This document shows positions 18,094 to 25,373 of a stretch of 64,000 nucleotides of DNA, piece by piece. Every line of letters begins with the position of its first letter. Within the stretch, counting starts at the first letter, position 1. This DNA comes from a virus (lineage: Duplodnaviria; Caudoviricetes): positions 1 through 64,000 of the IMG/VR virus record IMGVR_UViG_3300032247_000928; one strand, written 5' to 3'. The translations under genes were made by a program, and so were the position numbers. The notes under the pieces were generated by a model. That model ran no database searches. It had not been told where the DNA came from and was given only the letters and a program-made list of their open reading frames with translations.

Positions 18094-19306
18094 CTTCAAA
18101 ATCCTTATATCTGTAATAACCCTTATCAAAGTCACACTGAACTAAGAAGTCACCCATAAAACCATTTCTATTCTTTCTAAATGCACATTCAATAATATCG
18201 CTGTTAGTTGCACGACCCATGGCTAGTACCCAGTCAGCATCGTATGCAATTTGTCTTGACCACGCTGTTTGTGCAAGGGTAGGAACTGTAGAAAGATCTT
18301 TAACATCATCTGGGGTAGCAGAGGATATAGCAATGATAGGAACTTCTTCGCTAATAGCCATTAGTTTAAGTTCTCGTGAAAGGTTCTTCATCTTTACCGT
18401 TTCATTATCAGCTTTTTGATTTGGATTCATCAACTGAAGATAATCTACTACAACAAAGTCTGGTTTGTACTGGTCTAGCTTTCCACGTATAACTGAAGGA
18501 GTTACTTCTCCGCCAGAGTCATTAGAAATAATATGAAAAGGCGGACGACCTTCAATTTTGTCTGCATGCCATTTCTTCATCATGTCAAGTTCAACCTCAC
18601 CATTTGAAAGTTTACGGTGTGACCAAAGTCCTTCTCCCATAATAGTAAATGCACGGTTACGGACTTCTGTTTCACTCATCTCAAGAGAGATGATAAGGGG
18701 TGTCTTACCCTGTTTCCAGGCCTGTGCAGCAAAGTATAGAGCCATCCATGACTTTCCTATACCTGGGTATGCTAGAAAGACTCCCAACTGCCCTGGCATA
18801 ATTCCAGAAGGAAGGTAGTTATCAAACCCTGGCAAACCTGTTTTAATTCCTCTATGACCTAAAGCCTGTTGCTCTTTAACGTTTTCAAAATATGCAATAG
18901 CAGAATCAATATCTGTTGCATCAATATCACGAATTGCTGAAGTATTCTTTTTTAACTGTGAAGTTTTTGTAATAAGTTCTTCAAGGGCTACTGATCCTTG
19001 TCCATTTTGAACTTCACCTGCTGCGGATCGTAAGATATCTTTAAGACTATCATTTAAGTATTCTGTCTGAAGTTCTTCAAGGTGATGCTTAGTTGCACCA
19101 ATTCCTTGTACTGGCTGGAAGTCTCTAAACTTTTCTACAACCAAAGATGTTGGTGGGATTGTTCCATTGTTTTCAGCGTATAGTCTAATAAAGTTCCATA
19201 CGTCATTATGAGTGCGAAGTAATGTTTCTACGTTTGCCTGTAGCAAAACATGCAGTTGTTTATCTGCTAGGACTGCTGAGATTACTTTTGCTTCTGTATT
19301 ATTCAC
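18083..19306 (-). CDS. dnaB: DnaB-like replicative helicase
   Basis: AYPGIGKS Walker A, ISLEMS, VVVDYLQLM, IAYDAD, KNRNG. Confidence 0.94.
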   Translation of the reverse strand: MNNTEAKVISAVLADKQLHVLLQANVETLLRTHNDVWNFIRLYAENNGTIPPTSLVVEKFRDFQPVQGIGATKHHLEELQTEYLNDSLKDILRSAAGEVQNGQGSVALEELITKTSQLKKNTSAIRDIDATDIDSAIAYFENVKEQQALGHRGIKTGLPGFDNYLPSGIMPGQLGVFLAYPGIGKSWMALYFAAQAWKQGKTPLIISLEMSETEVRNRAFTIMGEGLWSHRKLSNGEVELDMMKKWHADKIEGRPPFHIISNDSGGEVTPSVIRGKLDQYKPDFVVVDYLQLMNPNQKADNETVKMKNLSRELKLMAISEEVPIIAISSATPDDVKDLSTVPTLAQTAWSRQIAYDADWVLAMGRATNSDIIECAFRKNRNGFMGDFLVQCDFDKGYYRYKDFEDGK

Positions 19307-19607
19307 TCAGCCACTCCTTTGCTTTTTTTCTTAGTTCTGCTCTTTGTTTAATATCTTCTTGGACTTCTAGTTTACCATTAAGAATCTTTTCTGCATTGTA
19401 AGCAAAGTAATTCCATGTAGGATCTTGTGCAACACTAAAGTAATATTCTAATAAATCATAGCATTGAGAAATACCATATGATTCTACGAGAGCATCTGCT
19501 GCCCATTGTTCAACATTTAAGTTCATATTAGACTTACGCTCAAAACGCTGTGTATAAAATTTGTTGAATCTACTGAGCAAAGCCATGCGGTCTTTGCGGT
19601 CAGCCAT
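19299..19607 (-). CDS. Hypothetical protein (possible helicase loader/accessory)
   Basis: 102-aa ORF coupled to dnaB; function inferred from position only. Confidence 0.7.
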   Translation of the reverse strand: MADRKDRMALLSRFNKFYTQRFERKSNMNLNVEQWAADALVESYGISQCYDLLEYYFSVAQDPTWNYFAYNAEKILNGKLEVQEDIKQRAELRKKAKEWLSE

Positions 19608-19816
19608 TATCCTTCGGAAGCCTCTTCTTGTGCTTCCTTAATCTTCTCTGTAAGTTTATCTTCTACAAACTTATAGACACGATCAAAAGCCTGCTCTGTT
19701 GTTTCACCATCACGCTTGCTGTCAATAACGCCAAGGTCAAGTCTTAGTGACTGAAAATTTCCCAGGTTAAGAGTATATCCAAGTGTTACGTTTACCTTTG
19801 TTGAATCGTTTTCCAT
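19607..19816 (-). CDS. Hypothetical protein (69 aa)
   Basis: KVNVTLGYTLNLGNFQSLRLDLG motif; G-rich RBS GGAATGGGTGGGTA. Confidence 0.78.
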   Translation of the reverse strand: MENDSTKVNVTLGYTLNLGNFQSLRLDLGVIDSKRDGETTEQAFDRVYKFVEDKLTEKIKEAQEEASEG

Positions 19817-19834
19817 TACCCACCCATTCCTATT

Positions 19835-20377
19835 TTAAATGCTCTCTGACCAAGTTGGAATAAATCTTCCATCTTCTGTCTTCGTATATGTAAGAATACC
19901 ATCCCCCATACGCCTTGTCAATTCTTGCGTAGTAGGAGTCATATTATTTGTTATTAATTTGTCTTTTCTTGGTTGACCAATATGTATACTTGCAAGTATA
20001 GCACGTATCTCTTTTACTTGTGATTCTGAATAGTATGCCCTTACTTGCCATCCTGGTTCCCCGCCTTTTCTTGAACCTGTTGGTCCAGGAATAGTTCCTG
20101 CTTTAATTAATCTTGGCATATACTTTCTGTGTCTATTGACAAGAATAGCAGTTTCTGTTATAGTGTATGCTCTTTCACGGTTACGCCTAAAGTCAGTACG
20201 CAAACAAGTTTCAAGTCTATCTTTTGTAATGTTATAAAAGGAAGTCATTCCTGTTGATCTAGAGTTATGATGCATTCTAACAAGGTCACCATTCAAAAAC
20301 CATATCTTTTGGTTTCCTTTTATTACAGTGGACTGATTGTATTCTTCGCTCTGTATTTTTCGTTTAGCAGTAGCCAT
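19835..20377 (-). CDS. Putative DNA-binding protein (HTH-like)
   Basis: YTITETAILVNRHRKYMPRLIKAG...YYSESQV resembles a MerR/excisionase-type HTH. Confidence 0.6.
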   Translation of the reverse strand: MATAKRKIQSEEYNQSTVIKGNQKIWFLNGDLVRMHHNSRSTGMTSFYNITKDRLETCLRTDFRRNRERAYTITETAILVNRHRKYMPRLIKAGTIPGPTGSRKGGEPGWQVRAYYSESQVKEIRAILASIHIGQPRKDKLITNNMTPTTQELTRRMGDGILTYTKTEDGRFIPTWSESI

Positions 20378-20514
20378 CTGCCCTCCCTACTTTCTTGCGG
20401 GGGATGATAAAACTTTCTTTCACCACAGCGCACACAGTAGGTCTCAATATGCATTTGAGAAGTATATTGTCTGTCAACAAAAATCCTACCAGTGCATCGT
20501 TTGCAAGTTAACAT
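20323..20514 (-). CDS. Small zinc-ribbon protein
   Basis: CKRC...CVRC. Confidence 0.72.
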   Translation of the reverse strand: MLTCKRCTGRIFVDRQYTSQMHIETYCVRCGERKFYHPPQESREGRWLLLNEKYRAKNTISPL

Positions 20515-20531
20515 CTATTTAAAGTCTCTAA

Positions 20532-20705
20532 TTACTTCTTCTTAATTGTTTCAGAGTATTCTTCTATTGCTTTTTCTTTGTCTTCTTTTTCTTGCGACAG
20601 TTGTGTTAGGTCTGCTCTAAGAACAGCAATCTGTGTTTCATAGTTTGAAACAAGTTCCCCAATGCGTTGCTGCAGGGCAGTAATTACCAATTCTGCTCTC
20701 TCCAT
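20532..20705 (-). CDS. Small coiled-coil protein (57 aa)
   Basis: Read manually: MERAELVITALQQRIGELVSNYETQIAVLRADLTQLSQEKEDKEKAIEEYSETIKKK; SD AAGGGG. Confidence 0.78.
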   Translation of the reverse strand: MERAELVITALQQRIGELVSNYETQIAVLRADLTQLSQEKEDKEKAIEEYSETIKKK

Positions 20706-20715
20706 TATTTTCCCC

Positions 20716-20934
20716 TTATACAGTTAAAGATACAACTTCTGCATTTAATGCAGTCTGTTGTGCCACGATTGAATCAATCTGTGCCTGAGTATCCGTAATA
20801 GACTCTTGCTTTGGATTGCTTCCAGATGTTAATTCTAGCATGCTAACCTGAAGGTTATACTTGCTGTATTCCAAATTCTTTAGGTGTTGATCTATAATTG
20901 AGATCTTTTCTGCATTTGTTAATTCGTATGTCAT
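20716..20934 (-). CDS. Small coiled-coil protein (72 aa)
   Basis: ORF with SD AGGAGG; promoter TGCTATAAT at 20950-20958. Confidence 0.78.
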   Translation of the reverse strand: MTYELTNAEKISIIDQHLKNLEYSKYNLQVSMLELTSGSNPKQESITDTQAQIDSIVAQQTALNAEVVSLTV

Positions 20935-20963
20935 AGTTCCTCCTTGTTAATTATAGCATATGC

Positions 20964-21683
20964 TTATTCAAAGCGCATGCCTTGTCTATACCCCTTTTTA
21001 TAATGAGACATGGGAACAGACTCTTTTTCTTGAATAAGTTCTACCTTTTTATTAAAAAACCTTTGATCATCATTAATAGTATGATTCCAATCTTCACGTT
21101 TTATTGGAATGATTGAAAGAAGTGGAGTTCCAGCCTTGATTAATCCCTCAAAGTTATCTTTGATATGAAAACTAACATTTCCTGGAAGAGGATAAACATC
21201 ATAGTCGGCAAGTCCAGATACTGTTGTAAATGGCAAATCATATCTATTTATTGGGTGTGTTATTAGTGCTGACCAACCTTCTGGCATTTGAATACCCCAA
21301 TGCATTTGCCAACCAAAATGCGCCTGATAGTGTCCATGTGGAACTGGCATCTCTTTAAGAACTCTGTCTCCTGCTGGCTCCATCGGAGAATCCCAAGATA
21401 GTTTAGGAATATTATTTTTATCTATTAATACATGAATATCTGTATGCAATAGGTAATGATAGCCACATGTCATCGCATCATAGTATGGCATACAATGTTT
21501 CATGCTAAGAAAAACATTTGATCTGCTTGCTGTTCCATCTTTAAATTTTTCATAATCATTTTCGCCATGAAACCTTGGCATATTTTTCCAATAGTCTGGC
21601 AAGTTATCTCTTGCTGGTGTTGGAGAAATGGATGACTCTTTGGCTCCTTGTCCCCATGGATAAAACTGAATTACATTACTCAC
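20964..21683 (-). CDS. Degenerate dUTPase-like family protein, paralog 2
   Basis: KHCMPYYDAMTCGY, PEGWSALITHPINR.DLPF, SGLADYDVY, IKAGTPLLSIIPIKR. Confidence 0.7.
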   Translation of the reverse strand: MSNVIQFYPWGQGAKESSISPTPARDNLPDYWKNMPRFHGENDYEKFKDGTASRSNVFLSMKHCMPYYDAMTCGYHYLLHTDIHVLIDKNNIPKLSWDSPMEPAGDRVLKEMPVPHGHYQAHFGWQMHWGIQMPEGWSALITHPINRYDLPFTTVSGLADYDVYPLPGNVSFHIKDNFEGLIKAGTPLLSIIPIKREDWNHTINDDQRFFNKKVELIQEKESVPMSHYKKGYRQGMRFE

Positions 21684-22743
21684 TTAGACTTCTTTCTAAA
21701 TCATACAGCATTCTTCCTGCTGGATATTTATTGCCAGTTTCTTCTACCATCTTATACATTTCTGAATAAAATTTTTTGTAATTTAATCCAGATGCTTTTT
21801 CGTATTCTTCAATTAATTCTACTGATGGTGAGCCATATTCTCCAAGAACTTTTCCAGTTAAAATTTCTTTGTTTCTTAATGTACCAGAAACAACTTTATC
21901 TTTAAACGATATTCCATTTTCATCTGTTTCAAGATATGTTTGTTTCCATGAATTAGGAACATCTCTTCCCATTGAGTTAACGTCCCTTGTCCAAAGCACA
22001 TGATCTTTAATATTAAAAATTTTATATCCTCTTGTCCATGCTAATAGTGCAATTGCATTTTCTTCGTGGTAAGCAAGCATTGGATCATATTTAACATCTT
22101 TAATAAAAGATCCAGAAGTAAATAAAAAATGTCCAGATATTAAATAATGTTCTTCATAGCCTAGTTCATTATAGTTTGCAGTCTTTGCACCAGGGGAATC
22201 TAGGGCCTCAATGCCGTAAGCAAATGATAGATACTTTTCTTCATTTTCTATCCCTAAAGCCTCTGGATGGCTCTTGGAGACAAGAGACCAAGATGGATAA
22301 TCTGCTTCCCAGTTATTGTCCTTAACCATTGTAGTCTTTTCTCCAGTGTTCTTATCCCTATAATAGTAAGGAACATATGAAGATATGATTGGTTTTTCAT
22401 ATACCGTTTTTAATTTAACATAATTCTGTTTTAATGTTTTGTCCCAGTTATTTTTAAATACTGTATGCCCATCAATTTGCAAATAGTACTCTTCTTCTTT
22501 ATAGAATGTTGATGCTAACATTCTGCTCATGCCTACACCAAGGCCAATTTTCTCACTTATATTAACAAAATCTACATTTTTATATTTACTTAGATCTGGG
22601 AAATTTTTTTTTGGATAATGCAAAACAACACCAATATAAATATTATCAGGATTTTCTGCTTTAGAAAAAGCAGTATCTATGGTGTCAATAATATCTTCTT
22701 CGTTATAGGCTGCAATACCAATAAAAATTGAATCTTGTTTCAT
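21676..22743 (-). CDS. GT60-like (Skp1-hydroxyproline GlcNAc-transferase type) glycosyltransferase, paralog 1
   Basis: IFIGIAAYNE..II.TI..AFSKAENPDNIYIGVV N-terminus, YYLQIDGHTVF (DxH), SGHFLF, EE..IALLAWTRGY. Confidence 0.75.
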   Translation of the reverse strand: MKQDSIFIGIAAYNEEDIIDTIDTAFSKAENPDNIYIGVVLHYPKKNFPDLSKYKNVDFVNISEKIGLGVGMSRMLASTFYKEEEYYLQIDGHTVFKNNWDKTLKQNYVKLKTVYEKPIISSYVPYYYRDKNTGEKTTMVKDNNWEADYPSWSLVSKSHPEALGIENEEKYLSFAYGIEALDSPGAKTANYNELGYEEHYLISGHFLFTSGSFIKDVKYDPMLAYHEENAIALLAWTRGYKIFNIKDHVLWTRDVNSMGRDVPNSWKQTYLETDENGISFKDKVVSGTLRNKEILTGKVLGEYGSPSVELIEEYEKASGLNYKKFYSEMYKMVEETGNKYPAGRMLYDLERSLSE

Positions 22744-22746
22744 TAA

Positions 22747-22974
22747 TTACCATTTACCTAATGGACAATTTGATGATTCTATTTTTGTTTTTACTTGCAT
22801 AAAACATCCACATTTTTTGCATTGAGTTGTTAATTTAATAAATTCTGGACAACTTTGGCAAATTAAAAATCTTTTTTCTGCATCAAAATCATTAATTTTT
22901 TTTGTTTTTGGGTTCAGCATATCCAGTGGAGTTGAACCATATTTTTCTTTATATTGTTCCCACTTACTTGCCAT
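22747..22974 (-). CDS. Small Cys-rich protein (DUF6171-like)
   Basis: RFLICQSCP...QCKKCGCFM..KTK....CPLGKW. Confidence 0.7.
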   Translation of the reverse strand: MASKWEQYKEKYGSTPLDMLNPKTKKINDFDAEKRFLICQSCPEFIKLTTQCKKCGCFMQVKTKIESSNCPLGKW

Positions 22975-23365
22975 GATAAAAAGGCTCCAAACTTGTTTGA
23001 TCTTGATCTAAAAGTATAAATTTTTCTCCATCAAATTTAGCATTGGGGGAACTTACATATTGTCCATATGGATATAAACCTAAATCTACTACTTGTGGAT
23101 TACTTAATAATATACTGCCAAAATATTCTGAAGTATTAAATTCTTCTAATACCTCTCCATTTTTTAAAAATTGAACAGTTATTCCATTATGGTTTGGATA
23201 ATTATTAGATACATCAATAATTTCATCATATCCTGTAAAAATATCAACATATTTTTTAATTAATGGCAAATCATATAGTGCATCTTGATTAATAACCCAA
23301 CAAAGTGCTCTACCCTGTAAAATTTCATGCTGAGTATATGTTTCTATATCTTCATCATATATCAT
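22964..23365 (-). CDS. Hypothetical protein
   Basis: 133-aa ORF with SD AAGGGG and promoter TGCTACAAT at 23385-23393. Confidence 0.75.
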   Translation of the reverse strand: MIYDEDIETYTQHEILQGRALCWVINQDALYDLPLIKKYVDIFTGYDEIIDVSNNYPNHNGITVQFLKNGEVLEEFNTSEYFGSILLSNPQVVDLGLYPYGQYVSSPNAKFDGEKFILLDQDQTSLEPFYHGK

Positions 23366-23402
23366 AATTTTCCCCTTATTTTATATTGTAGCATATCCTA
23401 AA

Positions 23403-25373
23403 TTAACATGCAACATATGGGCTACAAACTGATCCAGTTCCTCCAGCACACTTTCCTGAACATCCAGGATTACATATACCATTTACAACATTTTGTGATG
23501 TACAAAGTTTAGACGTTGGAGCAGCATAATATGCTGGAGGTGCATAATATACAGGTGGTGCATAATATACAGGAGGTGCATAATATACAGGAGGTGCATA
23601 ATATACAGGAGGTGCATAATATACAGGAGGTGCATAATATACAGGTGGTGCATAATATACAGGTGGTGCATAATAAACTGGAGGAGCATAGTATGATGGA
23701 GGTGCATAATATGTTGGAGGAAGAGATGCCGTAATAGTGTTTGATGTTACGGTTGCAGAAGATCCTGCAGCATTACTTGCATATGCATATGCTTTAAAAA
23801 TATATGGAGGGGTAGTACCATCAAATGTTGTAACTGTGTAAGATACTGAATTTGATGTTGTTGGTGAATTTGTTGCTTTTAATACAGCAAAAGTACTTCC
23901 GTCAGTTCCAGCCTTAATAATAACATTATAAGATGTTGGTGAATTAGACCAATCAGTTGTTGTGGCGGTAATATCTGTTCCTGCTTGTCCACTTCCAGAT
24001 AAAGAAACGGTTCCACCAAATGGAGCATTAAAAGTATAAGTTTGGGTATTTGATGTTGTAGACCATCCATAAGAGTTATAGGCTGTAACAGTACAAGTAT
24101 ATGCTGTATCTGCTGATGTTGTACTTGGCGTATAAGAATCAGTTGTACTAGTTGTAGTATGAGTAACTGTTGGTTGTCCACCAATATCAGTTCTTTGCCA
24201 AGTATAACGGTATTGTGTTGGAGAATTGGTCCAATTTCCAGCAGTCATATATAATGTTCCACCAGAGTAACTAATCATTGAACCACCGCCTGCAACTGGA
24301 ATAACTGTTCCTAATGGAGTAATATCTACATTTGGGAATTGATATGTTGCTGTTGGTGTTGTTTGTGATGGAATTGTTCCTGATCCAGAAAATGCCGTTC
24401 CAGAAAAACCACTAGCAGTATTATATGGAGTAATTAATACACTTATTGAATCTCCTGAATTTCCTGATCCTAAAGAAATAAAGTTTCCAGTTGATGTTGT
24501 ATGTTGGGTTGTTCCACCATTAATAGAATAATCAATTTTATATTGGTTGGCATATGCTGAAGTATCCCATCCAGCAGAAAAAGATCCACCAGTTCCTGCG
24601 GTTCCATAAGCAGTTAATGATGCACTTACAGAAGTTAAAGTAGAAACATTTTTTGTTGGAGTTACAGATCCCGCAGAATAATATGTTTGTGGTGATGTTG
24701 GGGAAGTGTCAGATGGTGTCCAAGAAACAACTAAGTATGAAACATTTGTTAATGATGACCAAGAAAGAGTAAAATCGCCAAACCCACCCGTTGCATCAAC
24801 TGTACCCACTGATGGAGAAAGATTGCCTGTACCCGAAGAAATAGCCTGTACATATCCGTTAGTTAGTGCTGTTGGGTATGGAATTGTAACCGATGTGCTA
24901 TTGCTGCTTTCTTCATTTGTTGTATTATTTACATTTGCTACTGCAGTAACAGAAAAACGATAATATTGAGTATCTGTTACATAGTCTGATTGGTATATAG
25001 TTAATGTTTTTGTTTGACCATTAGATATAGATCCACTTGCTCCAATACTCATCCAATTAATTCCGTCAATTGAATATTCAAACTGATATGTTTCACTTAT
25101 TGTTCCACCACCACCATAGGTCCAAGTTCCATTTGTACCAGTTAAAACAAATCTACCTATGCTTGAAGAAACGGTCCAACTAGCAGCACTTATTGTAGGC
25201 TTTGCATTTATTTGTGGTCCAGTAGTTGATGCTGTTGGCCAAAATTGACTCCAACTTGAAGAACCTTTTATAAACGCTTTAACAATTGTATGCCAGGAAC
25301 CATCATCACCTTTAACAAAAAACCTAGATATTGGACCCCAAGTGCCATTGTCTCTCTTTACAAAATATCCCAT
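23403..25373 (-). CDS. Tail fibre/tip-associated protein: Ig/FN3-like Ser/Thr-rich modules, Pro-Tyr repeat and Cys-rich C-terminus
   Basis: Last gene of the tail-tip run; beta-rich modules (YQFEYS, YRFSVTA, YKIDYS, YRYTWQR), then (PPxYYA)11 and CTSQ...C..C...C.......C.....C. Confidence 0.72.
   Translation of the reverse strand: MGYFVKRDNGTWGPISRFFVKGDDGSWHTIVKAFIKGSSSWSQFWPTASTTGPQINAKPTISAASWTVSSSIGRFVLTGTNGTWTYGGGGTISETYQFEYSIDGINWMSIGASGSISNGQTKTLTIYQSDYVTDTQYYRFSVTAVANVNNTTNEESSNSTSVTIPYPTALTNGYVQAISSGTGNLSPSVGTVDATGGFGDFTLSWSSLTNVSYLVVSWTPSDTSPTSPQTYYSAGSVTPTKNVSTLTSVSASLTAYGTAGTGGSFSAGWDTSAYANQYKIDYSINGGTTQHTTSTGNFISLGSGNSGDSISVLITPYNTASGFSGTAFSGSGTIPSQTTPTATYQFPNVDITPLGTVIPVAGGGSMISYSGGTLYMTAGNWTNSPTQYRYTWQRTDIGGQPTVTHTTTSTTDSYTPSTTSADTAYTCTVTAYNSYGWSTTSNTQTYTFNAPFGGTVSLSGSGQAGTDITATTTDWSNSPTSYNVIIKAGTDGSTFAVLKATNSPTTSNSVSYTVTTFDGTTPPYIFKAYAYASNAAGSSATVTSNTITASLPPTYYAPPSYYAPPVYYAPPVYYAPPVYYAPPVYYAPPVYYAPPVYYAPPVYYAPPVYYAPPAYYAAPTSKLCTSQNVVNGICNPGCSGKCAGGTGSVCSPYVAC
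23524..23721 (-). repeat. 11 tandem 18-bp coding repeats, PP[V/T/S/A]YYA
   Basis: Plus-strand unit GCATAATATACAGG(A/T)GGT recurs every 18 bp from 23524 to 23704: 8 Val units plus single Thr, Ser and Ala variants. Synonymous differences between units support this reading frame. Confidence 0.95.

Noticed and set aside
23524-23721. Possible CRISPR array, given a Cas4-like gene in the window
   Set aside because: The units are contiguous 18-mers with no unique spacers and lie in frame inside a CDS; there is no cas1 or cas2.
23483-23734. His/Leu-rich and Val/His/Gln-rich repeat ORFs (23483-23707 minus, 23516-23734 plus)
   Set aside because: Alternative-frame shadows of the 18-bp PPVYYA repeat; third-position variation fits only the 656-aa frame.
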